A stretch of DNA of 64,000 bases from Adineta vaga (taxonomy: Eukaryota; Animalia; Rotifera), in the NCBI GenBank assembly GCA_021613535.1, contig CP075495.1, forward strand, positions 11,842,001 through 11,906,000, read 5' to 3'. The notes below the pieces were generated by a model. That model was given only the letters and a program-made list of their open reading frames with translations, was not told the origin of the DNA and did not search any database. Position 1 is the stretch's first letter; the number at the start of each line of letters is the position of its first letter. The position numbers and the translations under genes were made by a program. Positions 62,561 through 64,000 of the stretch are shown one piece after another.

Positions 62561-64000
62561 ATGTATATAAGAAAAGTATTATTTTTGCTTGCCGAATCCG
62601 ATCGATTGATCGATTCATTGAAAAGACGAAGATGTTCGGTTGTCTATCAATCAGTCAATCAGTCAGTCAGTCATTGTAACGATCACATTGTTTTTAATCT
62701 TTTAATAACAAGGAAAAAGATTTTCTTTTCTCTTGAAGTCGTGCAACAATATCGCTCGATTAGTTTTTATTGTCATTTGACTGAGTTCATTTTGATGAGA
62801 TTTTCTTCTTTTTCGTTGTCAAATTGAAACGTTCAATCAAGTGTGACAAACATGTTCAATAAAGAAATGACAGAGAAATGGCTTGTTTCAATTTTGGATT
62901 TAAATACACGCGTCATTACTCACTGAACTCATTTGATATGCACATACATAAAGAACAAATGAAAGATGAGCGGATTCGTTTTTTTCTTCTTGTACATTTC
63001 AACATACAGGTGCAGGAAATACGTTCAAAATGACTAGTTGATGATAGTCTGAAGGCTATATGAACAAATTCATTTGGAATAACATCAAACAGACATTAAA
63101 CAAGAGAGAAAAAACTTTATTCATACTGGGAATATGTTCAGTCATTGTTCATAGATATCCTTAAGTGTTCTACTCGGAAGAATGATATGTTTTTCTTTCT
63201 TCTCTTTTAATGACCTTGTTATTCCATAAGTATTCATTGAATATCTACTTCCTTGACAAAACTAATTTTTTCAATAGAAAATAGTCTGTTGTCACATCAA
63301 TGAACAGCAGTAGACATATGTACTAATGAGTTGTTCACACCTGTATGAGAGACGCCGAGACATCGACAAAGTACCGTTTGATCGTATATACACATACATA
63401 CATTTTATGTATATAAATAGCTTAGTTCTTTCGTTCTAATCTCTTTTTTCATTCATGTTTGTTGTCAAACAATTGACAATCGAGAAATGTATCGATCAAA
63501 ACGAAAGAAACCAGAGATCATTTACAACAATTTTGATTTCTTTAACTAAAAGAAAAAAGTTAAATTTGATAGATGACAGAGACATGATGTCAAGGATCTA
63601 AAACATCATTTCAATCATGTATATAAACATACACACACATTATTTATGTTTGTGACAAAGACACACAAAAAAATGCACAAATAGCCTTGAGCTTTTCACT
63701 CTTTTGCATGTTTATATAAATTCTTCGAAAGTTTTTTTACTCGTCGCCTGTTTATTCAACAGATGTGCTTCTAATTGTGATCGAGGCGTGTATATATTGA
63801 ACGAGAATAAGGAGGAGATTGAACAAAAAAAGGAAATAGCAAAAACAAGACATTGACAAACACGCACATGTATGCACACGCGCGCACGGAAATCGTTAAT
63901 TTTAGACAACGAGAAATCGCCCTAAAGCTTCATTCCACTTTATGTCTAAACAGTGACATATATACATCGAAGAATAAAGGTCAATATAGTATTTAATGTT

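Noticed and set aside
1-64000. tRNA, rRNA, SL RNA genes, CRISPR arrays, intact transposons
   Set aside because: None recognised: no repeat-spacer arrays and no transposase or reverse transcriptase ORFs. Small RNAs or MITEs could be missed without covariance or repeat searches.

Overview
AT-rich, gene-dense eukaryotic (animal) genomic DNA with many ~50-70 nt GT-AG introns. The style suggests a bdelloid rotifer; this is an inference, not a database match. About 22 protein genes can be reconstructed by hand, in order: the 3' part of a MAP3K4/MEKK4-like kinase, MRM1, an NPY/NPF-receptor-like GPCR, a tight same-strand run LARP1-prohibitin-ABHD18-epsilon tubulin-acid ceramidase, RPL10 head-to-head with an RWD+MJ1316(DUF504)+2H-phosphoesterase gene, an orphan PPxY membrane protein, CSDE1/UNR, an intronless YciI/YCII gene, an AdipoR/PAQR, a CCP1-like tubulin deglutamylase, cullin-5 head-to-head with IMPDH, a Bcl-2 family gene, a myristoylated orphan, a knottin prepropeptide and a non-alpha nicotinic receptor subunit. 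No rRNA, tRNA, CRISPR array or intact transposon was seen. The most notable observations are: (1) an agatoxin/ICK-like prepropeptide directly upstream of the nAChR gene; (2) a secreted Cys-tailed peptide gene nested antisense in CCP intron 1; (3) an operon-like gene arrangement compatible with SL trans-splicing; (4) a candidate horizontally acquired YciI with a possibly splice-switchable mitochondrial presequence; (5) four single-base coding deletions (ABHD18, CUL5 twice, nAChR) that are most likely assembly errors. Multi-exon CDS coordinates are gene spans from manual splicing.
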